Of a stretch of 64,000 nucleotides of DNA, positions 21,357 to 31,622 are shown piece by piece. This DNA is from Pseudomonadota bacterium (GTDB taxonomy: Bacteria; Pseudomonadota; Alphaproteobacteria; Rickettsiales; SXRF01), in NCBI GenBank assembly GCA_038043465.1, contig JBBTBX010000009.1, positions 34,710 through 98,709 of the forward strand. The letters are read 5' to 3'. Under the pieces are notes generated by a model that saw only the letters and a list, made by a program, of their open reading frames with translations, had not been told where the DNA came from and did not search any database. The first letter of the stretch is position 1, and each line of letters begins with the position of its first letter. A program made the position numbers and the translations under genes.

Positions 21357-22427
21357 CTAATTCAGTTCCGATAGCTGACGAGCCTGATCGTCAGCTATAA
21401 GTGCTTCAATAAATTCATTTAATTCACCATTCATCACCTGATCGATATTATAGGCTGTAAGGTTAATGCGGTGATCGGACACGCGCCCCTGCGGGAAGTT
21501 ATAGGTGCGGATACGCTCGCTCCTGTCACCCGAACCAACCTGCTCCTTGCGCGAACTGGCGCGCGCTGCCGCCAGCTTTTCACGCTCCATCTCATAGAGG
21601 CGTGAACGCAGAACCTTAAGGGCTTTCGCTTTGTTTTTAATTTGCGATTTTTCATCCTGCTGCTGCACGGTAACGCCAGTTGGGATATGCACAATCCGTA
21701 CCGCCGAATCAGTAGTATTCACCGACTGCCCACCTGGCCCGCTGGAACGGAAAACGTCAATCCGTAAATCCTTATCCTCAATTTTAATATCAACTTCCTC
21801 AGCTTCAGGAAGCACCGCAACCGTTGCCGCCGAGGTATGGATTCGCCCTTGTGTTTCCGTGGCCGGCACACGCTGCACACGATGTACGCCCGATTCAAAC
21901 TTCATCCGCGCGAACACGCTCTTACCGCTGATTTCCGCCTGCGCTTCCTTATAACCACCGACACTGCCATCGGAAATGGAGATAACTTCAAATTTCCAGC
22001 CCTGCTTCTGGGCGTAACGCTGGTACATATTAAATAAATCGGCGGCAAACAGCGCGGCTTCATCACCACCAGTTCCGGCGCGCACTTCCAAAATAGCGTT
22101 TTTCTCATCAGCAACGTCTTTCGGAATTAGGGACAACTGCACCTTACGCGTCATTTCCGGAAGTTTCTGGGTAAGACCGTAAGATTCTTCCTCAGCCATT
22201 TTTTTCATCTCGGCATCACAAGCAGGGTCTTTCGCCATCTGCTCGAGTTCATAGATGGATTTCTTGGCATCGCTATATTCTTTTATTACTTCAACAATCG
22301 GCGTTAACTCCGCGTATTCCTTGGATATTTTCGAGAACTCGTTACCCGACACTGTCCCCCGCGCCAACGTATCGCCCAGCTCATCATGCCGACGAACTAA
22401 CATTTCCAACTTATCTTCAAAACTCAT
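21357..22427 (-). CDS. prfA: Peptide chain release factor 1
   Basis: [12 protein letters not shown] (PxT tripeptide region) and SGPGGQSVN (GGQ). Confidence 0.98.
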   Translation of the reverse strand: MSFEDKLEMLVRRHDELGDTLARGTVSGNEFSKISKEYAELTPIVEVIKEYSDAKKSIYELEQMAKDPACDAEMKKMAEEESYGLTQKLPEMTRKVQLSLIPKDVADEKNAILEVRAGTGGDEAALFAADLFNMYQRYAQKQGWKFEVISISDGSVGGYKEAQAEISGKSVFARMKFESGVHRVQRVPATETQGRIHTSAATVAVLPEAEEVDIKIEDKDLRIDVFRSSGPGGQSVNTTDSAVRIVHIPTGVTVQQQDEKSQIKNKAKALKVLRSRLYEMEREKLAAARASSRKEQVGSGDRSERIRTYNFPQGRVSDHRINLTAYNIDQVMNGELNEFIEALIADDQARQLSELN

Positions 22428-22445
22428 TTTCTTTTATACTTTCTT

Positions 22446-23756
22446 CTATATTCCAAAAATTTCTTTTAACTTTTCTATACTTAAACCAGATATAGAAATT
22501 TTCTGCTCATTACGAGTTTCCATATTTTTTACTATAACCATACCATCTTTCATTTCATCAGGTGATATAATCACAACGTGAGTAGCACCGTTTTTTGCTG
22601 CTTTTTCAAGGCGTTTTGATAATTTTCCTTGCCAATCAATATCTACTGACATAATAGTTTTGCGTAAATTATTATATAATCCAGCGCGTAATCCGCCTAC
22701 TAAATCAAGCACTATTTCTGGGTCTACCTCCTCAAAAGGTATAACTGTAATATTTAATGATTTTTCTTCTTTCTTGTTTCCAGTTAAAAGAGAAAGGCGT
22801 TCTACTCCCGCCGCAAAGCCAATAGCTGGTGTTGGTTTTCCACCCATCTGTTCAATTAATCCATCATAACGACCACCAGCCAGAACCGTGTTCTGCGCTC
22901 CTAAATCACCGCTAGTGGCAACAAATTCAAAAACAATATCCGTATAATAATCAAGACCGCGAACCAACGCTGGATCAACTTTTATAGAATTAAAAAATTC
23001 TAATTTGCTTAAATAATTGCAAACTTTATCAAACCGTTTTTTTGCAACATCGCTCAAATAATTGGTCATGACTGGTGCATTTATAAGTATATCTCTATCG
23101 CCCTTATCCTTAGAATCCAAAATACGCAGTGGATTTTCTGCTAGCCTCCGCTTGCTATCTTCCGAAAGTTTCTCAGCAAATGGGGTTAGAAAACTAACCA
23201 ATGCATCACGATATCTTTCTCTGCTCTTTACATCACCTAGCGTATTTATATGTAAAGTGCAGCTATCTTCGATTGCAGAAATGGATTGTAAAAACCTTCC
23301 AGCTAATTCAATAACCTCAACATCCGCCATCCAGCTATCATCACCCAGCCATTCGAAATTCACTTGATGGAATTGGCGTTGGCGGCCTTTCTGTGGGCGT
23401 TCATAACGAAATAATGGCCCTGTAGAAAATAATTTAAGCGGCAAGTGCTGTTGCATTCCGTTGGAGATGAAAGCCCGCGCGATTCCCGCGGTAAATTCCG
23501 GGCGTAGCGTTACGCTTTCGCCACCACGCGTTTCGAAGGTGAACATTTCCTTGCTAACCACATCGGAAGTTTCGCCCATTGAACGCGAGAAAACTTCGGT
23601 CTGCTCAAAGATCGGCGTTGCCATTTCGCGAAAGCCATAAAGCGTGGCAAGATCGCGCGCAGTTTCTACGACATAATGGAATTTTTCAAAATCCCCACCA
23701 TATTCTTGTGGCAAAATATCATGCGTACCACGCACTGGTTGCAGTTTATTACTCAT
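22446..23756 (-). CDS. hisS: Histidine--tRNA ligase
   Basis: Class II motifs: LRPEFT, FRYERPQKGRQRQFHQ and GGGRYD-like AGGRYDGL. Confidence 0.96.
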   Translation of the reverse strand: MSNKLQPVRGTHDILPQEYGGDFEKFHYVVETARDLATLYGFREMATPIFEQTEVFSRSMGETSDVVSKEMFTFETRGGESVTLRPEFTAGIARAFISNGMQQHLPLKLFSTGPLFRYERPQKGRQRQFHQVNFEWLGDDSWMADVEVIELAGRFLQSISAIEDSCTLHINTLGDVKSRERYRDALVSFLTPFAEKLSEDSKRRLAENPLRILDSKDKGDRDILINAPVMTNYLSDVAKKRFDKVCNYLSKLEFFNSIKVDPALVRGLDYYTDIVFEFVATSGDLGAQNTVLAGGRYDGLIEQMGGKPTPAIGFAAGVERLSLLTGNKKEEKSLNITVIPFEEVDPEIVLDLVGGLRAGLYNNLRKTIMSVDIDWQGKLSKRLEKAAKNGATHVVIISPDEMKDGMVIVKNMETRNEQKISISGLSIEKLKEIFGI

Positions 23757-25381
23757 ACCCCATCCTTTTTAATCCGCTTATATAACGAATAACGTTCCGG
23801 CTTCATTGGCTTCTCGCCCTCCTCCAGATTATCATTATCCGGCTTGTTACCTTCTATTTCACCAATTTTTTCATAATTCTGCCACAGAACAAAGAAACGA
23901 ACATCGCGCGATAACACCTTAATTATATCGCGGTTTTCCGGTTCAATATCATAATCAGCAATTTTTTCCAAATTAACATTTTCATCAACCCATACCAGTT
24001 CCGGCGGATGACTGGAGAAATCACGCACCAGATTATCATAAAAAAACTTCCTGGCACTAACAATATCCTCAGTCTTTTTACCTTCTTGTTCGCGGATGAT
24101 AAGACCGGACATTGGCCATAGCTGGTAAAAACTGCCACGAAAAACACCTTTTGACAAGGCTATCACCGGAAATGCCGACTGCATATTAAACGCCAGCGAA
24201 TATACGTATTTCCCGTCAGCATGCTTATCAATTTCCGCCAGTAACCTAGTATGTATCACTGATGGATGTTTATAAATAAAATACCAGAATTTACCGTCCA
24301 CATAAATTCCGGCAAGCAAGGTAGCTATGCCCACACAAAGTGCCAGAAAGCGCGTTCTGCCGATGAGCAACCCAATCTCCTGCAATATTTCAACCAGATA
24401 GAGCAGAACCATCACGATAACGAAACCAGCCATGAACACCATAGGATATAGATGGTTCAGCCAATCTTTGCGCTGCACAACCATCAACATGGCACAAGCA
24501 AACATCCACACCACCATCCGCCCGATAATTTTCCTGAAATCAGAATGTGGGTTCGCCATCCATGCGAGCAACAACGCGAGACCGCAAATAATGGCTATAA
24601 TTTTAAGTATGCTGTACCATAAAGTTTCATAGGCGAAATAGGTGGTAAGAACTGCTGGAATTATTGTGTTTATATATTCCGGTGCAAGGTAATATATCGC
24701 TGCAAAATAGAGCAATTGAACAAATCCGATAATCCAGTTCCTGAGCGCGAAAAGCGACAGAAAATTGCGTTCCTGAATTGCCTTATGTAATTCGTTCAAA
24801 CCCCATAACAACAGGAAGAATGGTTTAAGCGCGAAACCGATTGCCGCCATTAAAATGATAATTAGATCAACGAAAGTTGATTTTTCTTCGCGTTCTGCAA
24901 ATAACGATTTGATAAGATATGGCAGCACAAGAGTAATGAACAATAATTCGCGCTGACCATAAACCGCTGGCGAGAGTAGGAAAAAGCCAAAGGCGATATA
25001 AAGCAACACCGCCCCAAATACCGGCTTTGCGCCGAGCAGATTATTTCCGCGCATCACTTTCGCCACAAGACACATGCTGGTAAGGTTCAGTAATGTAACC
25101 AGCAGCGGGAAAACGGTAAATGGCGATAAGCTAAATACCTTGCCGAGCAAAACCGGAAGAAGGCTTATCCATAAAATCAGTGGCGGGTTGGTTTCCATAA
25201 AATCAACATATGGAACCTGCCCATCCGCCATGCGCTGCGCAGCGTAGATCAGCCAGCTGCTGTCAGGGTTTGGTATCATATCAGGGATAGGGAAAAACGC
25301 TATCTCACGTAGCAATGCGAGAATTACCATAACGCCGATCGCAATTATAAGCAGCGTGCTACTCTCAATTTTACGCTGCAT
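23753..25381 (-). CDS. Polytopic membrane protein, candidate GT-C-fold (ArnT/PMT-like) glycosyltransferase
   Basis: More than 10 hydrophobic segments. An acidic motif [11 protein letters not shown] follows TM1, and there is a soluble C-terminal domain. It overlaps ispG (25371-25381) and hisS (23753-23756). Confidence 0.55.
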   Translation of the reverse strand: MQRKIESSTLLIIAIGVMVILALLREIAFFPIPDMIPNPDSSWLIYAAQRMADGQVPYVDFMETNPPLILWISLLPVLLGKVFSLSPFTVFPLLVTLLNLTSMCLVAKVMRGNNLLGAKPVFGAVLLYIAFGFFLLSPAVYGQRELLFITLVLPYLIKSLFAEREEKSTFVDLIIILMAAIGFALKPFFLLLWGLNELHKAIQERNFLSLFALRNWIIGFVQLLYFAAIYYLAPEYINTIIPAVLTTYFAYETLWYSILKIIAIICGLALLLAWMANPHSDFRKIIGRMVVWMFACAMLMVVQRKDWLNHLYPMVFMAGFVIVMVLLYLVEILQEIGLLIGRTRFLALCVGIATLLAGIYVDGKFWYFIYKHPSVIHTRLLAEIDKHADGKYVYSLAFNMQSAFPVIALSKGVFRGSFYQLWPMSGLIIREQEGKKTEDIVSARKFFYDNLVRDFSSHPPELVWVDENVNLEKIADYDIEPENRDIIKVLSRDVRFFVLWQNYEKIGEIEGNKPDNDNLEEGEKPMKPERYSLYKRIKKDGV

Positions 25382-26585
25382 AATTTGCCCTTACATAATT
25401 CTCAACTATTGCCTGAAATTCCTCAGCAATATGCTCACCACGCAGGGTTACGGTTTTTTTGCCGTCCACAAATACTGGCGCGGCTGGCTGCTCACCTGTT
25501 CCTGGCAGGCTGATGCCGATATTGGCGTGTTTGCTTTCGCCGGGGCCATTTACGATGCAGCCCATAACCGCCACATTCATATTCTCCACGCCTTTATACT
25601 GATTTTTCCATACCGGCATCTGGTTACGCAGGTAGGTTTGAATCTTATCAGCCAGTTCCTGAAAAACGGTGCTGGTGGTACGTCCACAACCTGGACAGGC
25701 TATAACCTGCGGAGTGAAAGCGCGAAAGCCCATGGACTGCAAAATTTCCTGCGCCACCCGCACTTCCTGTGTCCTGTCGCCATTTGGCTCTGGCGTAAGT
25801 GAAACACGGATGGTATCACCAATGCCTTCCTGCAGCAGCACCGCAAGCGCAGCCGTGGAAGAAACTATGCCTTTGCTGCCCATGCCCGCCTCGGTAAGGC
25901 CAAGATGCAGCGGATATTCGCAGCGAGCCGCCAGATCACGATATACCAAAATCAAATCCTGAACACGGCTGACCTTGCAGGAAAGCAAAATTTGATTGGC
26001 GGGAAGACCAATTTTTTCTGCCACGAGCGCGCTTTCAACCGCCGAGCGCACCAGTGCTTCATGGGCAACAGATGATGAATCTTTGGGGTTTGCGCTTTTG
26101 GCATTTTCATCCATCACCGTAGCCAGCATCTGTTGATCCAGACTCCCCCAATTCACACCGATACGAATTGGTTTTTTATATTTAATGGCAAACTCTACCA
26201 TCTGCGAAAATTGCAAATCATGCTTATCCGAAAACCCGACATTGCCGGGGTTAATCCGATATTTGGCAAGTGCCTGAGCCATATCTGGAAAATCTTTGAG
26301 CAGCTTATGCCCATTATAATGAAAATCTCCAACCAGAGGAACATGGCAGCCAAGCGTATCCAATTTTTCACGAATAACAGCAACTGCTTTTGCGGAAGCT
26401 TCATTATTTACTGTTATCCGCACCACCTCCGAACCTGCCTGCGCCAGTTCATGCACCTGTTTTACCGTTGCCTGCACATCGGCAGTGTCGGTATTGGTCA
26501 TTGATTGCACCATAACGGGGGCATCACCACCAACCGGTACACTACCTATAAAAACCTGATGGGATTTTCTGCGAATGGGAAGCAC
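25371..26585 (-). CDS. ispG: 4-hydroxy-3-methylbut-2-en-1-yl diphosphate synthase
   Basis: [22 protein letters not shown] and NGPGE motifs. Confidence 0.97.
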   Translation of the reverse strand: MLPIRRKSHQVFIGSVPVGGDAPVMVQSMTNTDTADVQATVKQVHELAQAGSEVVRITVNNEASAKAVAVIREKLDTLGCHVPLVGDFHYNGHKLLKDFPDMAQALAKYRINPGNVGFSDKHDLQFSQMVEFAIKYKKPIRIGVNWGSLDQQMLATVMDENAKSANPKDSSSVAHEALVRSAVESALVAEKIGLPANQILLSCKVSRVQDLILVYRDLAARCEYPLHLGLTEAGMGSKGIVSSTAALAVLLQEGIGDTIRVSLTPEPNGDRTQEVRVAQEILQSMGFRAFTPQVIACPGCGRTTSTVFQELADKIQTYLRNQMPVWKNQYKGVENMNVAVMGCIVNGPGESKHANIGISLPGTGEQPAAPVFVDGKKTVTLRGEHIAEEFQAIVENYVRANYAA

Positions 26586-26633
26586 AATATCCTTAAATAT
26601 AATTGCCGTTAAAAGCTTTAGAGCATTTTCGCT

Positions 26634-27242
26634 TTAGCCGCGACTATCCGAATACATAACGGATACAGCCTTACGACGCTTTGGCAATGGAGCATTCACT
26701 CCCACCTTGCCAACATTTGCCCAATAACAGGGAGGATATACCCCAGGCTGATTCTTAGCGCAAGTATGATTAAACAGGCTAATGGAAAGTGAAGTTTGCA
26801 AATATGAGCTGGCAATACGCGGAGGTACCGGGGTTACATATGATGGGGCAACACCAGGTCTGAGGGCAAAAAACCATAGGAAATAAATTATAAAAACCAA
26901 CAAAACTCCGCCCCAGACAATTGAATTTGAAGGATTTTTATTTTTCCCAAAGACTTTAGGAAAGAAAAGGTCCTTTTCTGGAAAATCATTATTTACTATT
27001 TCAAAGCGGCGTAGAATTTCATCCTTATCCAGATACAAAAAAATCGCATAGGATTGCAGATAGCCCTTGGTGTAGGCTGAACCTGGCAAATCATCCAGTT
27101 TTCCACTCTCCAGTGCCTGAAGATAATGGGCGCGGATATGCAAAGCAGACGAAGCCTCCGGCAAGGTCAAGCGTAAGTCTTCCCTTGCATTTTGCAACAC
27201 TTGCCCAATTTCTTTATAATATAGCGAACTCATAGACTTCAA
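26634..27242 (-). CDS. rodZ: RodZ-like helix-turn-helix membrane protein (short form)
   Basis: An N-terminal HTH (IGQVLQNAREDLRLTLPEASSALHIRAHYLQALE) followed by one TM. Lies upstream of ispG, as rodZ does in E. coli. Confidence 0.65.
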   Translation of the reverse strand: MKSMSSLYYKEIGQVLQNAREDLRLTLPEASSALHIRAHYLQALESGKLDDLPGSAYTKGYLQSYAIFLYLDKDEILRRFEIVNNDFPEKDLFFPKVFGKNKNPSNSIVWGGVLLVFIIYFLWFFALRPGVAPSYVTPVPPRIASSYLQTSLSISLFNHTCAKNQPGVYPPCYWANVGKVGVNAPLPKRRKAVSVMYSDSRG

Positions 27243-27317
27243 TTACATCTAAACAGGTGTAAATGGAACATAAAACAACTTGTAAAAACCAGAATAGAAC
27301 AAAAGAGAGAATTATAG

Positions 27318-27426
27318 TTATTATTTTGAAGTTACTCTTGCTTCGCAGCGAAAAGTAAAATCTTTGGCGGTCTTTCGGACTCGATTTTCATAGTAATTCC
27401 GCATAATGATTATACAGAATTACTAC
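27318..27426. mobile_element. MITE-like dispersed repeat, copy A (an inverted copy is at 48763-48863)
   Basis: Contains hairpins CTTCGCAGCGAAAAG and TAGTAATTC...GAATTACTA. By eye it is about 80% identical to the reverse complement of copy B. Confidence 0.8.
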
Positions 27427-27499
27427 AACGTTTTTTGTTGAATTTATGGGTATAGGAGCATTATACTATACTTAGTATACCAATATTTTAGGAAGCAAT

Positions 27500-27826
27500 A
27501 TGGAAACATTAACTTATAACTTCCCAGACGAGTACAAGACTCGTGAGGCTGCAAAAAATTTATATCGAACTATAACCGACGGCTTTGGCGGAAAATATAA
27601 TGCGGTTGTGATGGCAAATAATAATTTACAACAAAGATACGGTGTATCAGACGCCGGCGATGACGAAGAAGTTCTTTATTTTATGGTAAACGCCAGAAAC
27701 AGCAGTCCTTACATAACCTTCAATTTTAAAACAGCCACACACAAGGCAGTATTTGAAGAGATTTTTGCACGTACCGCCGAAGAACATGGCGGGATAGCGC
27801 AAAAGCAGAGAATAAAGACTGATTAG
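27500..27826 (+). CDS. Hypothetical protein (orphan)
   Basis: 108-aa ORF with AGGAAG 6 nt upstream. No recognisable motif. Confidence 0.5.
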   Translation: METLTYNFPDEYKTREAAKNLYRTITDGFGGKYNAVVMANNNLQQRYGVSDAGDDEEVLYFMVNARNSSPYITFNFKTATHKAVFEEIFARTAEEHGGIAQKQRIKTD

Positions 27827-27828
27827 GT

Positions 27829-28860
27829 TTACGCTTTTTTTCGCATTCCAAGGCAGGACTCTGACTGCGCTATAAGCTCGTTCACTATGTTTTGCATCGG
27901 CTCTATCTTGCTTACCATGCCGACACTCTGCCCCGCCATCAGCGAACCATTTTCCACGTCACCCTCAATAACTGCTTTCCTGAGCGCGCCTGCCCAGAAA
28001 TGTTCTATCTTAAGCTGCGCGTCTTTCTTATCAACGCCGCCTGCCCGAAACTCTCTTATAACTTCATGCTGACAACGGGTAAAAGCATCGGTTGCCTTAT
28101 TCAGCAACGCACGCACCGGAATCACTGGAAAATCAGGATCAACCTGTACTGACGGCATGGCATCCCTCGCCTGCGCCCGGATAAAAGCCTCTTTGAATTT
28201 GGGATGAGCAATAGATTCTTCTGCACATACAAAACGTGTGCCGAGCTGCACACCAGACGCACCCATTTCCAGATAGCTGACAATTGCTTCGCCACGACCT
28301 ATGCCACCGGCTACAAAAACCGGAACTTCTTTTATATTCGGCAAAATCTCCTGCGCCAGCACCGATGTCGAAACCGGACCGATATGCCCACCCGCTTCCG
28401 CCCCTTCAATCACCAGTGCGTCAACCCCGCTCCTGACTAATTTGCGACCAATTATCGCTGACGGCGCAAAGGCAATAACCTTGCCGCCCGATTCTTTGAT
28501 GGATTTTATGGTATCGCCGCTGGGAATCCCACCCGCCAGCACCACATGCGTAACTTTCTGGCGTTTGCAGACTTCCACCAATTCCGCAAGCTGCGGGTGC
28601 ATGATAATAAGATTTACGCCAAACGGTTTGCTGGTGAGTTTTTTAGTCTCAATGATTTCTTTTTCCAACAAATCAGGCGGCATTGAACCGCAGGCAATTA
28701 CCCCAAACGCTCCAGCGTTAGAAAGTGCTGCAACCAGATTACGCTCGGAAACCCAAGACATCGCCCCGCCCATAATGGCATATTGCGTGCCGAGGAATTC
28801 TGTGCCTCGCTGCCAGAGCGAGTTGAGTTGTGAGTGCTGAGTGCTGAGTGAGGTTGTCAT
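27829..28860 (-). CDS. Nitronate monooxygenase / FabK-like FMN oxidoreductase
   Basis: NMO-family pattern: YAIMGGAMSWVS, VLAGGIPSG, GAEAGGH and VAGGIGRGE. The first ~15 codons lie in a heptamer repeat. Confidence 0.85.
   Translation of the reverse strand: MTTSLSTQHSQLNSLWQRGTEFLGTQYAIMGGAMSWVSERNLVAALSNAGAFGVIACGSMPPDLLEKEIIETKKLTSKPFGVNLIIMHPQLAELVEVCKRQKVTHVVLAGGIPSGDTIKSIKESGGKVIAFAPSAIIGRKLVRSGVDALVIEGAEAGGHIGPVSTSVLAQEILPNIKEVPVFVAGGIGRGEAIVSYLEMGASGVQLGTRFVCAEESIAHPKFKEAFIRAQARDAMPSVQVDPDFPVIPVRALLNKATDAFTRCQHEVIREFRAGGVDKKDAQLKIEHFWAGALRKAVIEGDVENGSLMAGQSVGMVSKIEPMQNIVNELIAQSESCLGMRKKA
28817..28853. repeat. GAGTGCT-type heptamer array inside the 5' end of the NMO-like CDS
   Basis: gagttgagttgtgagtgctgagtgctgagtgagg. 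On the coding strand it encodes SLSTQHSQLNSL. Confidence 0.85.
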
Positions 28861-30086
28861 GCTTTCTCCAATTCAAATGCCGCGTGCAAGGCGCGCACTG
28901 CCAGCTCGGTATATTCTTCGGCGATAAGAACGCTGATTTTTATTTCGGAAGTGGAAATAACCGAGATATTGATATTCTTCTCAGCGAGTGCTTCAAACAT
29001 TGTCTGCGCGATACCTGTATGGCTGCGCATTCCCACGCCGACCACTGAAATTTTTGCTACGTTTTTATCAGCGTGCATGGATTTATATTTGAGTTTGTCC
29101 CGCAGCTTTTCCACCACCGCAACCGCATTATCCAGATCCGCCTTAGGCACGGTGAAAGTAATGTCAGTTGCCTTACCGCCTTCAGTTACGTTCTGCACGA
29201 TCATATCAACATTGATGCCCGCCTCGGCAAGAGGCGCAAACAACGAGGCTGACATTCCTGGGATATTGGCAATTTCGGTGAGCGAAATCCGCGCGTCATC
29301 ACGCGAATAAGCAATCCCTGTAATACGTTTCTGTTCCACAATATCCTCCTCTTTTACCAGTAATGTTCCAGCTTCATCATTAAAACTATTCAGCACCTGC
29401 ACAATCACATTGTGATTCATCGCCATTTCCACCGAGCGTGTTTGCAAAACCTTAGCGCCGAGTGACGCCATTTCCAGCATCTCCTCATAGGCGATTTTAT
29501 CCAGCTTGCGAGCATTGCTCACGATGCGCGGATCGGTGGTGTATACTCCGTTCACATCGGTATAAATATCGCACCTGTCGGCTTTAAGAGCTGCAGCGAG
29601 TGCCACCGCAGAGGTATCCGAACCGCCGCGCCCGAGTGTTGAAATACGGTTATCTTCACTCACCCCCTGAAAACCCGCAACTACCACTACTTTGCCGCTA
29701 TTAATTTCGGCAAGCATGGAGGTGGCATCAATGCTTTCTATCCGCGCTTTACCATGTGCCATATTGGTATTAAGTGGAATTTGCCAGCCAGAATAGGAAC
29801 GGGCAGGAATTCCCATCTCATTTAAGCATAACGCCAGCAAACCGCTGGTCACCTGTTCACCAGACGCGACAACATGGTCATATTCCGCCCACGCTTCTTT
29901 GGTGGAAAGTGGAGAAAGCTCCTGCACATAAGCAACCAGTTGATTGGTAACGCCCGACATGGCGGAAACCACCACCGCCACCTTATTGCCCTTATCCAGT
30001 TCTTTTTTTACTTTAATGGCAACATTGCGGATACGTTCAATATTACCAACCGAAGTGCCACCGAATTTCTGTACTATTAATGCCAT
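28857..30086 (-). CDS. lysC: Aspartate kinase
   Basis: MALIVQKFGGTSVG start with two C-terminal ACT domains. A 4-nt ATGA overlap with the downstream CDS. Confidence 0.97.
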   Translation of the reverse strand: MALIVQKFGGTSVGNIERIRNVAIKVKKELDKGNKVAVVVSAMSGVTNQLVAYVQELSPLSTKEAWAEYDHVVASGEQVTSGLLALCLNEMGIPARSYSGWQIPLNTNMAHGKARIESIDATSMLAEINSGKVVVVAGFQGVSEDNRISTLGRGGSDTSAVALAAALKADRCDIYTDVNGVYTTDPRIVSNARKLDKIAYEEMLEMASLGAKVLQTRSVEMAMNHNVIVQVLNSFNDEAGTLLVKEEDIVEQKRITGIAYSRDDARISLTEIANIPGMSASLFAPLAEAGINVDMIVQNVTEGGKATDITFTVPKADLDNAVAVVEKLRDKLKYKSMHADKNVAKISVVGVGMRSHTGIAQTMFEALAEKNINISVISTSEIKISVLIAEEYTELAVRALHAAFELEKA

Positions 30087-30090
30087 GATT

Positions 30091-30130
30091 TTAGTGATTA
30101 GTGATTAGTGGATAAGTGATTAGTGATTAG
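30091..30130. repeat. TAGTGAT heptamer array (about 5.5 units) directly upstream of the lysC start
   Basis: Read directly. No obvious complementary arm follows. An ACTAT-T8-ATAGT mini-hairpin lies at 30131-30147. Confidence 0.8.
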
Positions 30131-30343
30131 ACTATTTTTTTTATAGTTACAAGATCACTTTATATTGTCCGGCTAGTGCAGGCTGGTATCCAGAGCAACT
30201 AATCTTGCATAATTTTATTATTTATTTACAATAATATACAACAATCATACTATTCCTTAACAATTTTAACTTTTAATTTACATAGGCTTATTGTATTGTA
30301 GACGGACTAAATAATTAAAAAATATATCAAGGGGAGAGATTAC

Positions 30344-30688
30344 GTGGAAGAATCTAAGAGGGCTACGCCAGAAAATACAAGATGGATTGAATATGGCATA
30401 ACTGAATCAGCTGAAGCTGGTGCTCAATTACGTTCCAGCAGTTTGCCAAGAGAGCAAGCTAAAGCATTAGTCCATCATATTAATAAAACCAACCCCAACA
30501 TAGGTGCTACTTCTCACCCTTTAAATACCAAAGTAGGAGCTGAGCATCAAGTCCATATTAAAAATGCTTCTGAATTTATTAAATCTTTTCCTGTTGCAGA
30601 TGTTGCGCTCAAAAGCCATGCAGACAGCCATTTCAGATATGGTCCAAAAGCCAGCGCACATACACAACCAAGTATGCATTGTCGGTAA
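30344..30688 (+). CDS. Hypothetical protein (orphan, GTG start)
   Basis: 114-aa ORF with GGGGAGAG upstream. No recognisable motif. Confidence 0.4.
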   Translation: MEESKRATPENTRWIEYGITESAEAGAQLRSSSLPREQAKALVHHINKTNPNIGATSHPLNTKVGAEHQVHIKNASEFIKSFPVADVALKSHADSHFRYGPKASAHTQPSMHCR

Positions 30689-30704
30689 TTATAAATCTTT
30701 ATAA

Positions 30705-31169
30705 TTACCACAACTTCTTCATCATCACCAGCGCGTCAGTGAGCGAGCCGTCAAGCTGCTGGTAATATAGCTTGCGGCGGTTGATGTGTTGGAAACCGAA
30801 AGTTTCATAGAGTTTTATGGCGGAGTCATTGCCGACTTCCACCTCGAGGAATAGTTTTTCCACGCCAAGCGATTTGCATTTTTCCAGCATATCTTCCACC
30901 AGCTTTCTAGCAATTCCCTGTTTCCTGTAGGCTGGTAGAACTGCAATCGTCAGGATTTCCGCCTGGTCAAACGCCACGCGGTAGACCAACATAGCAACAG
31001 CCTCCTGCCCCTCCTCCACCAGAAAAGCGAAAGTGTCCTTAACTGCAAAAAAATCGGTAAAAACATCGCGGTTCCAATAGCGCGGGAAGCATATCGCATG
31101 AATGTTGGTTAGTTTATCAGCTTCAGTCTCAGCAACCTGCCTGATAGTAAAATCCTTACGCACCACCAC
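30705..31169 (-). CDS. rimI: GNAT acetyltransferase, RimI-like
   Basis: AVLPAYRKQGIARKLV (acetyl-CoA binding Q/RxxGxA) and size about 150 aa. Confidence 0.8.
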   Translation of the reverse strand: MVVRKDFTIRQVAETEADKLTNIHAICFPRYWNRDVFTDFFAVKDTFAFLVEEGQEAVAMLVYRVAFDQAEILTIAVLPAYRKQGIARKLVEDMLEKCKSLGVEKLFLEVEVGNDSAIKLYETFGFQHINRRKLYYQQLDGSLTDALVMMKKLW

Positions 31170-31563
31170 TTGCCGCTTTCAGCATATCTTTTGCCTCCTG
31201 CCAATCAGGTTTGATTTGCAAGGCTTTTACCAAGGAGATTTTGGCATTTGCTTTTTTATCAACCGCCATATAGCTCGCCCCAAGCCAATACCAACCATCG
31301 GCATGCTTCGGTTCAATCCATGTCAGGAATTTGAAACGGAAAACCGCATCATCAAAATTACCAAGATCGTAGTGTTTACGACCCAGCTCATAATTATTTT
31401 TTACAATATCACGAGCTTTTTTAAGGTTTCTTATAAAATCTATGATTGCGTGTTTCCATCTCTGGAGTTTTTCCCCAAGCGGATCTTTTTTGAACTCGTC
31501 TTTGAAGGAGTTTTTTATATCTTGTACAAAATCTTTCTTTTTTGCAGATTCTTCTTCCAGCAT
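31156..31563 (-). CDS. Tetratricopeptide-repeat protein
   Basis: TPR-like GNFDDAVFRFKFLTWIEPKHADGWYWLGASYMAV...AKISLVKALQIKPD. Confidence 0.7.
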   Translation of the reverse strand: MLEEESAKKKDFVQDIKNSFKDEFKKDPLGEKLQRWKHAIIDFIRNLKKARDIVKNNYELGRKHYDLGNFDDAVFRFKFLTWIEPKHADGWYWLGASYMAVDKKANAKISLVKALQIKPDWQEAKDMLKAASGGA

Positions 31564-31622
31564 ATATTATACTCCCCGATAATTATATAAATTGAAGATA
31601 GTTTACCAATTTACAGGCACAA

